In this document: piece after piece, positions 1-11,269 of the stretch | How the letters are laid out: every line of letters begins with the position of its first letter | How positions within the stretch are numbered: position 1 is the first letter of the stretch | Assembly: GCA_002811645.1 (NCBI GenBank) | Contig: PDIP01000080.1 | Coordinates: forward strand, 59,571-112,010 | Direction of reading: 5' to 3' | DNA length: 52,440 nt | Source: Corallochytrium limacisporum Hawaii | Lineage: Eukaryota; Protista; Pluriformea | Position numbers and translations under genes: made by a program | The notes under the pieces: model-generated | The model's input: only the letters and a program-made list of their open reading frames with translations | What the model was told of the DNA's origin: nothing | Databases searched by the model: none

Positions 1-1648
1 ATAAATAATCATATAAATCACGATCCGGTATATATTTTCGAACGAAAATTTTGGTTGGATACGGAGTATACATTCAACTCAGAGGATAGTACTAAAAATA
101 TGAAGAAAAAGTCTCCCTAGCTGGAGAGAGGACAAGAAAAGGAAAAAAAGAAAAAGGAAGAAGCAGGAAGGAAAGAAAGGCTTCGATGGGGTTCTAAGAC
201 CTACCATTCTCTGGCTCTGCCCTGCTAGCTATAGTAAGGTGCAGCAGCCAAGAGGGCAGTATTTAGAAAGACAGTTTGGTTGGGGTTTGGGGGGGGGGGG
301 GTTGTTCTTCCTCTCTCCCCTTCTGTCCCTTGCCAACCCCCCCCCCTCTCCCCCCTTGGGAAGGAGGCTGTTTGCTTCAGTACATATACAACGGTCTGGT
401 TTTGGGTTGTCCTTGCTTCTTCGTTTGATTGGCCCCCCCCCTCTCCTCCTGTACCCCCCGTTTTTGCCTTCCCCGCCAGTTAAGACCTGCCCGAAGCACC
501 GGGACGGTTGCCCGGAAAAGGAAAATAGGCCCCCGATGTTGGCGCCGTTATGGGAGGGAAGGGGAACCAAAGAGGCACCCAAAGAGACCCTGCCTTTGCC
601 CTGGGTTTCAAAAAATATTTTAATTTGGTTAGAGGAGAAGGCAGGGTGGCTGCGCTTCCGGGAAACCGGTTTGAACAGGTGTCTGGGAAATTTTATTTTC
701 TTGTACAGTACTGAATGTGTGGCAAATTCCTTGCCCGGGTGAGAGACGACGTTGACAAATGTGTCATCATTGCATTCCCCGCAGGCATACAATCGGGGAA
801 TAGAAAACCCCGAATGCTGGGGGGTGGGGACGGGAGGGGAGGGGGGGGCCTTAGAAGCAAACGATCTCTTGCGGGGTTCTCACTGGCGTCGGTAGTGTTT
901 GTATGAGAGATGCGCCCTCCCCCGTGGCGCACCACCCCTCAGCAGCATCATCTTGGGTTGTGTTGGGTATCAATTGCTGTAGTGTTGTGCGACTGTTTCG
1001 GTGTCTGAGATCGCTTCGCTCATAGAAGGGAGCTGTGTGCGTGCTCCGCACGCAGCTGTGCAATTTGACGCGCGCGCTACTAGACACAAGTGCGCGGGCT
1101 CCGGTCCTCACGCCCTTCGGATCTACCCCTGTGTCTTTGTTGATCAGTGTCTCCTCTCCCCACCCCCTCCTGCGCCCACTGCCATGTAATCCTGCGTCGG
1201 TTTCACGCATTGTTTGTTGGCAACGCATACTTCCGCGAAGAGTAAGCACCGCTAACAAAACGGGTGTCCATCGGTACCGGGGAGGGAAGGTGGGGAAGGG
1301 GAAAGGCACTTATGCGCGAGTGCGCATCGAAAGAACGAAAGAGCGCGAATCGAAGACATAACGCCAGTGTGGGTAATTTCTCGGCACCTCCACAAGATTG
1401 TGTGGCGTCATTCTCTAGCTGTGCGTAGCTAATTTTATCTTCTCTGTGGCTTTGATAACCCTTCTGCTGTGCCTATACTACTTTGGTGGTATTGGTACAG
1501 GTACAAGAGATCACTTGCTCGAACGATCCCCAACATGCTTAGAGAAAGATTGAAGGAAAGAAAACCAAAAGCGACCAAATAATATCCCTGATTATCACAA
1601 AAGCCGTAGAGATCATCATTGTTGTTGATTTCAAGGTTGATAACAATC

Positions 1649-2839
1649 ATGCCTGGCCATCATGCTTACAGCTCCCTGCCACAACGGCTCGGCGTGCTTC
1701 TGCTTACGCTGGTTCCCGCTCCGGTCATCGTCAACGCCCAGAATACGGGAACGGAACCCTGCGCTGTGAATGTCCAGCGTGGTCAAGGCTGGTTCCAGTC
1801 CGGTAATGTTTTTCAAACTACAAACCTCGCTGACGGAGAACCCGCTTGCTTGGTGATTCCGGACGTTGACACAAGATACGCTGAGATTGTGACCAGCATT
1901 GAGGTCATCCTCGAGCCTGGCTTTGACTTTTTGAGGTTCTACTACTTTGACGATGACACTGATCAACTCGTCTTGCAATTAGAGTACACAGGTAGTGTGT
2001 TCGACACGGTAACCTACACTGGTGGCGCGAACGCTCCAAAAAACATTGCGATCTGTGTCGAGAAGGACGAGGCCTTCGCAGCTCAGGGTGAGCGCGTGAC
2101 CGTCGAGGTCCTCAGTGGGCAATGCTACACCGCAGCTACAGAAACCGACCCAGTCACCGAAACAAGTACCGTGACGGGGACTGAGACAGGTACCGACACA
2201 GGTTCCGAGACAAGTACAGAGACAGGGACTATGACAGGTACGGAGACAGGCACTGAGACAGGTTCCAAGACGGGTACCCAAGCTGACACCGAAAACGAAG
2301 CAGGGACAGGGACAGGGAACGGCAACGGGGACGCTGAGATTGCTAAATCCTCCTCGGATTCTGCCTCAGTAGGCCTCATCGTCGGCATTGCACTGGCTGT
2401 GGCCGCTGTTTTGGCCGCTGCAGTGTTTGGAGCAGTGGTCTACCGTCGACGGAGGGAGCGCCGAAGGACTGAGTGGTCACCGTCCACTGCCCGTCCCAGC
2501 AGCGCATCGGCACCACCGCTGCCACCCCTGTTACCGGTGGCCTCATCGCCCTCCAAAAAGGACTCCATCACCACTATGCCAACAATGAGCACCAGTAGTC
2601 ACCGATCCGTAGTGGATATCGACTCAGCAGTCGGATACGCACACCAACCGCTGTCCGGCAGGCCACGTCCCCCGGCACAGATGCAGTACCTCGACATCAT
2701 GAACCGTGATACGAGTTTGTCTGAAGACGCAAATCAGGTCAATGATGATTTTGACGATACGGACTATGAGGAGGTTCCGCAGCACCGGCCCCCTCCACCG
2801 ACGTACTGGCATTCGATGAACAAGTACGAAGCTAGGTGA
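1649..2839 (+). CDS. Single-pass type I membrane protein: CUB-like ectodomain, Thr/Gly/Glu-rich stalk, TM helix, Tyr-motif cytoplasmic tail
   Basis: ORF 1619-2839 with first ATG at 1649. Hydrophobic signal-like segment (LGVLLLTLVPAPVIVNA). CUB-like pattern C...LEPGFDFLRFY...YTGS. TGTE repeats. TM VGLIVGIALAVAAVLAAAVFGAVVY followed by RRRRERRR. Tail contains YLDI and DYEEVP. The CUB assignment is tentative. Confidence 0.85.
   Translation: MPGHHAYSSLPQRLGVLLLTLVPAPVIVNAQNTGTEPCAVNVQRGQGWFQSGNVFQTTNLADGEPACLVIPDVDTRYAEIVTSIEVILEPGFDFLRFYYFDDDTDQLVLQLEYTGSVFDTVTYTGGANAPKNIAICVEKDEAFAAQGERVTVEVLSGQCYTAATETDPVTETSTVTGTETGTDTGSETSTETGTMTGTETGTETGSKTGTQADTENEAGTGTGNGNGDAEIAKSSSDSASVGLIVGIALAVAAVLAAAVFGAVVYRRRRERRRTEWSPSTARPSSASAPPLPPLLPVASSPSKKDSITTMPTMSTSSHRSVVDIDSAVGYAHQPLSGRPRPPAQMQYLDIMNRDTSLSEDANQVNDDFDDTDYEEVPQHRPPPPTYWHSMNKYEAR
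2140..2330 (+). repeat. Coding 12-bp degenerate tandem repeat (T-G-T-E units, mucin-like stalk)
   Basis: Repeated acagg(t/g/c)acNgag units translating to TGTETGTDTGSETSTETGTMTGTETGTETGS. Confidence 0.75.
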
Positions 2840-3539
2840 TCAAGTCCTCGGTACCGAAGTGGATAGCTTCGGTGGTTGCTGCTTGCCTGAAAACTTCAAC
2901 CTTCTGTTTATGTTCAATGTTAGATCCTGCCATGAATTCATTCACAAAGACATATTGATAAACTACATACATACACAGCATACTCAGACTTGTAACAAAA
3001 CCATCCAGAAGTGGCTTCCGGCGCCTGGACGGAGTGAACTCACTGATCGGGGAATGAAACACGCTGTTTTAATTAGGTTATCAGCTATTATTGGCCACGC
3101 ACCATTTCCAGCTTTCCCGTTTTCTCCGCAAGCCACGTCCCTGCCTCCCCCGCAGAGTCGGCCCGCCCCGTCCCCCCAGGGGGGGGGTTGCCGGACGGAG
3201 AGAGGCACAGCAGTAGGCCCGCAGTGGCAGGGAAGTGAAGGGGACACTTCAATACCAGTGGTAGTTCCCTGGGTTCACAATGGGAAAAGGCCGGGGGGGG
3301 CGGCCTGCAAGCGCCACGGCTGGGGGCCTGTCGTACCGAAAGAACTCGCTGTGCACGCAGCGATTTGCGAGGCAAAGCCAACCGCCCTACTGTCATTCAA
3401 GGATCATACTCAGTATCAGCATAAATGCTCGAGCTCAAGGCATCGCCTTAAGGGCCAATGTAATTTTGTATTCAATATGAAGTTTAGAACTCGATGCCAT
3501 CGGTGTCTGCTTGTGATCACGTTGATCCATCGGCTGTCC

Positions 3540-3878
3540 CTAGTCTCTGCCAACCTGGAAGGCGCAGTTGATGCAGTTCACAGCAAAGGCACAGTTTACG
3601 CAGTTGACCGCTAAGAAGCAGTTGACGCACAGGAGCCCGAGAATGCCATTCATGGCAAAGATTGACAGCAGCGCGTTGAAACCAATGAACGAGAGAATGG
3701 AGTTCACCCAACCAAGAGCGTAGATGTTGTTGGGGAAGATTGTCATCATCCTACCGGACTTTGTGATGTAGTACCAGTGGCGCACCGGCAGGCCAAAACA
3801 GCCTTTACGCTCACTGAAGCCCCATCCTGGGTCAGTGTTGTCCCTGAGCTTGTTGGTGGAGCCGATGAAATCTGTCAT
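3540..3878 (-). CDS. Small Cys-rich 9-residue-repeat protein, paralogue A (112 aa)
   Basis: ATG-to-TAG ORF that aligns over nearly its full length with 8250-8585. Shared PGWG(F/Y)SERKGxFGLPVRxWYY and CVNCFLAVNCVNCAFAVNC. Many third-position differences support real coding. Confidence 0.85.
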   Translation of the reverse strand: MTDFIGSTNKLRDNTDPGWGFSERKGCFGLPVRHWYYITKSGRMMTIFPNNIYALGWVNSILSFIGFNALLSIFAMNGILGLLCVNCFLAVNCVNCAFAVNCINCAFQVGRD

Positions 3879-4309
3879 GATGTCTCACTTATGACGGATC
3901 CTAAGGTCTGATGTCTTTCTCTTCTGGTCTCTTTGTCGTCTTATTCGGTTTCCCCGGGTGAGCGGCTTTGTGTTCACGCAGGGCGGACGTAGTTTGTGTT
4001 TTTGCGCTGTTCTCGCTGTGGATGTACACCGCCACTTGATGACTTCAAATACCTTTTCCTCAAACAGATCGCATGAGATTGTACCAATTCTGGCCGTGGG
4101 TAAAGTAGAAAATTGGAAGAAGTAGAATTGTCCATACCCCGTGACTGGACCGGTAAGGAAGTAATTGGAACAAAGGAGTTGAGATAGAGGCACCAGCTGC
4201 GCGGGTAGTACGCGGTCATGATTGCCAATGATCGTGCTGCCGCGACAAAAGAAAAAAGCAATAAAGGAAAGGAAACGGGGCATTGTCTTTGCCCTTTCCT
4301 GTCCCGAAT

Positions 4310-4373
4310 CTCTTCCCCCCAGGCAGGTTTTATTGTTTTTGTTCAAGCGATGGAAACCCAGGGGACCACCAAC
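4310..4373 (+). repeat. 64-bp direct repeat, copy 1 (copy 2 at 4791-4854)
   Basis: Identical ctcttccccccaggcagg...ggggaccaccaac. Copy 1 runs directly into an assembly gap. Confidence 0.85.
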
Positions 4374-4540
4374 NNNNNNNNNNNNNNNNNNNNNNNNNNN
4401 NNNNNNNNNNNNNNNNNNNNNNNNNNNNNNNNNNNNNNNNNNNNNNNNNNNNNNNNNNNNNNNNNNNNNNNNNNNNNNNNNNNNNNNNNNNNNNNNNNNN
4501 NNNNNNNNNNNNNNNNNNNNNNNNNNNNNNNNNNNNNNNN
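4374..4540. other. Assembly gap (N run)
   Basis: Run of n characters. Confidence 0.99.
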
Positions 4541-6299
4541 TACCCCCCTCCCCCCTTCGAGCGGATAAGAGCCGGGGTGTGTGTGTGTGTGTGTGCCCAG
4601 GGGAAATGAAAGATTGGCACCCACCACCGCCCCCCCCCGGGGGGAGGGGGGTATCGTATCGATTCTTGGAGAGTGTTTTGAGAGTGGCGAGTGCCAGGGA
4701 TGTTCTTTTTCCCGGTAGCGCAGCCACTGCGCAGGCCCAAAGTGCGTCACACACGGCTGTGCATTACACACACACACACACATCCTCCTGCTCTTCCCCC
4801 CAGGCAGGTTTTATTGTTTTTGTTCAAGCGATGGAAACCCAGGGGACCACCAACCAACCAACCAACCAAACTCCGCAGCCAGCCATGCACCGGCCCATGC
4901 CCACCAAACACAAAACACAAACGCGAAAAAAAAAGGAGGGGGGGGTTGCAAAAACTTGGGGGCTGCTGCTGGCTGCTGCTGGCTTGGAAAGAAAAGGGAG
5001 GGAGGGGGAGTTGTTGGGCCGGCGGGGTTTGGGCAACCCGAGTCTTTTTGTTTTGGCTATTCCATCTCTACCCCGCCATTTCTTTGAGCCACTACTAACT
5101 TTTTTCATTTATTTTTTATTTACTTTTTTTGTTGGTTTTCATAGTTTTTTTGTCCATGTGTCACTTTGTTTTTTTATTGTTTATACGGAAACACACAAGA
5201 ACGAAATTAAAGGGAAAATAAATCAAAAAAAAAAAAGAGGGAAGGGGCAAGGAGGAAGAAGAAAGGAAAAAGTACGTTCTCATCGCGCTCTCTCGCTACG
5301 AAAGAAAAAAGGGGGTCTCTTCCGTGAACATCCAAGAAAGGAAGGCGAGGAGGATTTCCTGCCCTCCTTCCCAACCCCGCGTCCTTTCATTTTCCTTTTC
5401 CTCATTTTCCTCTTCTCTCTCTCTCTCTCCCTTTTTTTTTGCCTTTTTTTTCTATAGCGAAAAAGAGAGAGAGAGAGAGAATGGACACTGGGAGAGAAAG
5501 GACGAAAGGGGAAGGGGAGGGAGACGGGTGGGTTGGGTGTTCCCTTATCTCTGAAGGGTGTGTGTGTGTGTGTGTGTGTGTGTATAGCCCAACCCTGTCT
5601 CTCTATTTTCATTTTCTTTTTACCCCCCTAGGCAGGCCTTACCGTCGCTGCTTTTTTTTTCTTTTGCTGGGGGCGGAAGTTCACGGGCGCGGAGGACGAA
5701 GAAAATTTTGAATTTTCGTTTTTTTTTGGTTCAAATTTCGTGCTCCTGTTGTTCCGTACCGGGTATTTTTCCCATACGTAAGTAGCCCTACCCTCCCTTC
5801 CTTTCAGCCCAAGTCCAGAAATGCTTTTTTTTATACTTTTTGGTTCCTCGCTCGCTCTTTCTCTCATTTCTTTCTTAATTATTTCCATCCTTTTCTTTTA
5901 TTATCGCGGTCCCTTATTCTTTTTTGTTGCCCTTACTAACAATTAAGCAGGAAGGCAGGGGCGCGCGCTAGTACCACATCGGCAATTTTTCATCCCCCTG
6001 GCCCCTTTCCCCCTTCCGGCCGGAGGGCGTTTGATAGGTTTTCTTTTTTTCCTTTTTTCTTCTTTGCTTACGGGTCTTAGGTGCTCTCTCTCTCTCTCTT
6101 CGGCATTCAAAGCAGAAAATATAAGGTGTATTTTTATACTTTGGGGTCAAATTACAAGAGCAAGAAAAAAACCAAGAAAGGGAAATAAGGAATGCATAGC
6201 TTAAAAGAATACAAAAAAAAAACAAAAACAAAACAAAAAGTAACAAGGAAAACTACGCGCGGCGGGCGCAGTCAGTACCAACGGTAACTTTTTCTATAC

Positions 6300-6334
<35 letters not shown>

Positions 6335-6400
6335 AAAAAAGAAAAGAAAAAGGGAGGAAAGCTTGAGGGGAGGGTGAAATCGGATACTAAAAATTACATA
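4541..6400. repeat. Low-complexity tract rich in (GT)n, (GA)n, (CA)n and poly-A/T/G/C runs
   Basis: Microsatellites at about 4577-4595, 5465-5480, 5558-5583 and 6304-6330. ORFs here are low-complexity and non-credible. Confidence 0.85.
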
Positions 6401-8249
6401 CTCGGTCGACATCCACGGTTTCGTCTCCAGGACGCCGGGTGCAGCAGCAGTCAGGGCTGCTCAATTACCATTAAACCTTTCTGTCCTATGGAATGACGGG
6501 GCAATGGGAGAGAAGAGGGGAAAAAAAAAAAAAGGAAAGAAAAATAGAAGCAAGGATTATCAAGCCATGTCGATATGGTTTTACGATAAAAACAAAGGCA
6601 AGGCCCGGGCCCCGGGATCAGAAGGGAGCACGCACATCAGCATGTCATTAGGGAATAGGAACATTGGTATATTTTTTTTTCTTTAGTTATTTGGCCTGTG
6701 CAATCATAAATCACCTCGAGCTATAAATTGGTTACAGAGTCGGTTGGATCTCACTTCTCAGGGTCATACGTAGGGCCTGACGAGAGGAGATGGGTATGCA
6801 CATCAGCATGCCCGTCATCTGTATCCATCCATCTTGAGTAGGGTTCTGTACATGCATTTGATCAAAAGAGCAATGTGTGAAACTCCGCGGCTTTCCAAAT
6901 CGACTGGCGGAGGTGAAGACGACGTCCTAGGGATGGATGGGCTCCCGGACCCAGCGCCCTGGTCCACAGATTGTGTATGCGGTGAACGTCCTGCTGGACC
7001 AGTAGTTTTGGAGCCGTTTATCAAATTACGGCCCGGGTATAAAACACACACACACACATGGACACGCATTCACAGATGCGTCCCTTGGCCTAAACAAAAG
7101 AGAACCTGCTCTGTGTGTGTGTGTGTGTGTGTGTGTGCTCAGCTCAGGAACCACGACAGTAGAAAGCTGAGGGTGGGAAGACAGAAACACATGTTTCTTG
7201 GGGAGGGGTATGCTATTCTTGGACCCGCGGAAGATTTCTAGGAGGGAGGGGGCGCAAAGGAGAACCCCGCGGTTTCGCCGACAACCAAGGCTGATAGATC
7301 CCCAAATCGGGTTACCGGGAGCTGACATCTTCTGGAGTATCGGGTAGACTGACAGCATTGGGTTTCATCCATGCTGGCATCCAGCAACTTTTGTTGACTA
7401 CGCATGCGTTTCGAAGCGGATGGAGTGTAAGATGACCGCGTCTTAGTTTAGATTCCCCCGCAGCCTGAACGGTTGTAATTACCGTGCTTGTACTTATCGA
7501 GTTTGTTTGTTTTTGTTCATGTTCATGTATTTTAGCGGACAACTATCTATTAATCAAACAGGGCCGTAACTTGAGATCTAGAAAGCTACGTATCCATTCA
7601 ACAGAAACCCGCACGCGCGGAAAGGGGGGAAGGGGGAGAGCACCAACAGCATGACATCCCCAGGAAGGCCATACTTTTATTTGGTTGGTTTCGCCTTTGT
7701 TCTCGTTCGGTGGTATCGCTTTAGCTAAGCTCAATAGCCCCCACTGGAGATTTTATCTTCTTCTTTTTCGTTTGATCCGTCCCTTCCTTTTTCATTTTTT
7801 CCTTCGTCTGCAAGCATACGAAAACAAATCCGTCCTGAGTAAACTGGACCAGGACAAAAAATTCTGCAGGGATCGCATCTTCCCATACTGATTGTACGCA
7901 ACCAAATACTGTCTGTTAGGACTTTCTGCCCGCCCCACACTCTCCCCGCCTCCCCCCCCCCCCGGGGGGCCGGGCGGGGCGGGGAAATTGGGGGAAAAGA
8001 CGACGGGGGGATTGACCGGAGGGAAATCGGCAAGTTGCCAGCCCCGAGATCTTGGTTGATGCTGGAGAAAGGTCATGCACTGTGCACGCAGTGACATTGC
8101 ACGCAGATCCAATTATTCATGCATGATATGGACATCATTATGAGGTCAATGTATTATCTTAAGGGAATTTGTATCGTTTTATTCAATGCACACTGAGGGA
8201 CTCGTTGTCAGGCACATTTATGTCGATCACGTCCCTCGATCTGGTACCG

Positions 8250-8585
8250 CTAATTGCCAATCTGGAAGGCGCAATTGACGCAGTTCACAGCAAAGGCACA
8301 GTTAACGCAGTTGACAGCCAGGAAGCAGTTAACGCAGAGGACTCCGAGTACCCCATTAAAAGCAAAGATAGACAGCAGCGCATTCAGACCAATGAAGGTG
8401 AGAATGCAGTTCGCAAAACCGATGGAATAGATGTTGTTGACGAAGATCGTATGTTTCGAACCGGATTCTTTCACGTAGTACCAGGTGCGAACCGGCAGTC
8501 CAAACCAGCCTTTACGTTCGGAGTAGCCCCATCCTGGTTCTTTATTGTCCTGGAGCTTGCTGTTGCCACTGAAGAATTCGGGCAT
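8250..8585 (-). CDS. Small Cys-rich 9-residue-repeat protein, paralogue B (111 aa)
   Basis: ATG at 8585 aligns approximately with the start of paralogue A. Same motifs and length. Confidence 0.85.
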   Translation of the reverse strand: MPEFFSGNSKLQDNKEPGWGYSERKGWFGLPVRTWYYVKESGSKHTIFVNNIYSIGFANCILTFIGLNALLSIFAFNGVLGVLCVNCFLAVNCVNCAFAVNCVNCAFQIGN

Positions 8586-9801
8586 GGTCGTCAACACCTA
8601 CCTAAATAGAACTTCTTCCTCTTGAGTCTTCGGTTTGCGGGGGCAGTTTTTGCGTTCCCACAGTACTGATGCAGTTTGTGTATTTGTGATGGTCGCCCTG
8701 TGGATGGCACAGATCTTGGTGAGTTGAAATACAATTTCGCAACAGATCCGAAGAAAGCATTTCCGGACATGCGTGTACCTTACCCAAGGCAGTCAGATAA
8801 TGACACTTACTGACGTCCAAGAACCTCGCTACAAAACTGATTACCGACGACACCTTCTTAATCCCATAGCCTTGTCATTCGGCTTTGGATCCGACACCGA
8901 ACACAACACATCGGTGAAAGTCAGGTATGGCACGAGATGGGCGAAAAAAGAGAGAGCCCCCCGGGAAGGAGTCCGCACGCCCCCCCGGGCGTTTCTACGA
9001 AGCTTGGATATTGACTCTATGGGAACACACGGAATGGCGCCTGCCCAGGTGTACAGGCACCGCTGCAGGGAAACCCCTTTTGCCCGGGCCCCTCCCCCCT
9101 CGTTCCGGGCTTAATTACTTCGCCCCTGGTTTCTAAGTTCCTGCTCAAAATAGACTCCTGATGGAATGGTAAATATTGATCCAAATTCCATAGTGAGAGG
9201 TGCATGCATCCCCCCAATCTTTCTCGGTCAAAACGGGAGAAACAAATCCTCGGGCGAGTCCAAAACCAGGGGGCTCATTCTATTCGGGAGTCTATTTTTA
9301 CGCGTGCGCAGAGTGGGACCAAGGGGGGGGCCGGGTGGGCGTTGTAGAGTGTCCCGGCCAGGGAAAAACAGGGAAGGAAAACGGGAAATTTCTGCACCTC
9401 CTTTCTTTCCCCAAGGCCTGTTCGGCCGGGGTGAGCGGGCGAGGGGGATTCGATTGTGAATGAACTGGCTTTTTCTGTGCCGCCGATAAGTGCACATAAG
9501 ATATAGATAAAAGATGGCAGTTGCGCCGGCGGATAAACACACGGGGAAGGGGGGGCCAGGGCGGGTAGGCAAAGGAGGAGGCGGGCCCCCCCTCGCTCCC
9601 GCCGGCGGATCGGAGGGTTTGTGGTAGTGAATGTACCAGAATGCGAAACAAAGAATCCGTCGTACGTAAGATAACGAGGGAATCGTCAGTTGGGTCAATA
9701 TTGCAATCTGGGTGTGAGCAGATGGCATATACACCCATGGGAAACATACCCCAAGGCTGCCTGTGGTATTTAAATGAGGCTAAGAACGTCGAAATATCTG
9801 A

Positions 9802-9863
9802 GATAGATCACACAACTGAAGTATTGATTTTCGATAGAGCACACAACTGAAGTATTATTTTCC
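9802..9863 (+). repeat. 31-bp tandem duplication just upstream of the Tudor gene
   Basis: gatagatcacacaactgaagtattgattttc followed by gatagagcacacaactgaagtattattttcc. Confidence 0.85.
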
Positions 9864-9893
9864 GAAGGAAACATAGTATAGGCACTCCGAACG

Positions 9894-10193
9894 ATGGGAC
9901 GTGCGGTGTCCTTCGAAGTAGGCGATCGTTTAGAAGCGCGGTACAATAATAATGCGGCCAAGCGATACTTCCCTGCCACTGTCACGAAGGTAACTGAAGG
10001 TGGGGTTCCGTGTCTGCAACATGCTGGTTGGATGAATGAGAGGCTGATTCTATTCTACACACTTTGCTGCTGCTTCCTCTGCTTCCCAAAATCAGAGACT
10101 TATGAACTGAAGTATGACGATGGGCGCACCGAGAAGGATGTGCCGCAGGACCGTGTTCGACAGACCACGATCCCTGCGCCTAGCTCGAAGTGA
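9894..10193 (+). CDS. Stand-alone Tudor-domain protein (about 67 aa after splicing; exons 9894-9999 and 10096-10193)
   Basis: FEVGDRLEARY...YFPATVTKV and TYELKYDDGRTEKDV...RVR are the two halves of a Tudor (LBR/Agenet-like) barrel. They are separated by GTGGGG...pyrimidine tract...CAG (10000-10095, 96 nt), whose removal gives KVTEETYELKYDDG. Confidence 0.8.
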   Translation: MGRAVSFEVGDRLEARYNNNAAKRYFPATVTKVTEGGVPCLQHAGWMNERLILFYTLCCCFLCFPKSETYELKYDDGRTEKDVPQDRVRQTTIPAPSSK

Positions 10194-11269
10194 GAAATTG
10201 TCATTTTACCAAGCTTCTGATGCAATGAGAGCTTGAACTCGCATTGAATAGAGCTCCCTGGGACCCATTTTTGCCATCCCCGCCGTTGGCCGGTCTCGCT
10301 CTGCATGCATACAATGTACCGTACCATCATCATCAACATGTATAATTAAACATTCCTTATCATTTAGAAACATCACAGATCCCACACAAGAGACCATGCT
10401 CCGGTCTAGCCAAAATTCTGCCCAGACTCAAAACCAGGCAGCCCGGGACGATGCGACAATGGAAAACCTCTTGCTAGGGTTGTCTTCAAAACAAAAACTT
10501 GCCCCCCACTTCCGTTGATTCGAAATTATCGAATCATTAAATCAACTACATCGCTCCAGTACTAAAACTATGCCGTACGGTCCCAAGAGACTGGCGTGCC
10601 CATTTTGGTACATTTTGCAGCCCATATTTCGATGCGACGAAATATTCTCCACAGGGTCGTTGGGGAGGGGGTGAGGCACGGTAACGAACGAACCAGCGAC
10701 AAGCGTAAGCCCGTCCGCGGTTTCCTACCGCACAACCGTACCGGTCCCGTTGCGCTTGACCCGCCATTTTCCCCATCTCATTTTCTTCGCACTGAGCACG
10801 ATCAGGCGTTTGTTCCAACTCGCTTTCACCGCTGGCCCGATACTACCGTTCGTTTTTTCCCTTCTCAGCAGTACACTTTTTCCATCTTCACTGTCCGATA
10901 TATAGCAAATCCTTGCGTGGTCGCGTTTATCCTTCCTATTCAATCGCCCATCACTGATGTATTCTAGGTGCCTTTGGTGTGTGTACATTCGTTCCCTGCC
11001 TTGGGTGGACAAGGTCCTCCCGGCCGTCAGGTCTCACTTTCCCCTTTGGGTGAAGATTACATCGTTGAGTTACCATCCTCTACGGTCTCCACCGAACTCA
11101 ACGGTCTCCACATCACCAGAACCAGGACGAGAGGGGGAACTGCGGATACGACTGAGGTCAGAAAGGTACATGAGGAGCATCCGGTGAGGATTTCACGCGT
11201 AGATGGTTGGCGAACTACAACTTCGATTGACCTTTCACACTTCTCTTACAGAATAGACAAAAGGATACC

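Noticed and set aside
229-1361. Several 100-190 aa overlapping ORFs
   Set aside because: Derived from G/C homopolymer-rich sequence, with no recognisable domains.
2859-3614. Plus-strand ORFs with shared ANLEGAVDAVHSKGTV (also 8169-8609)
   Set aside because: Antisense reading of the two Cys-repeat paralogues.
4310-4854. 64-bp direct repeat as LTR or CRISPR-like unit
   Set aside because: Only two copies, one abutting a gap; likely a repeat edge or assembly overlap.
4222-5457. 411-aa ORF across the gap and low-complexity region
   Set aside because: Open only because of Ns and microsatellites; not protein-like.
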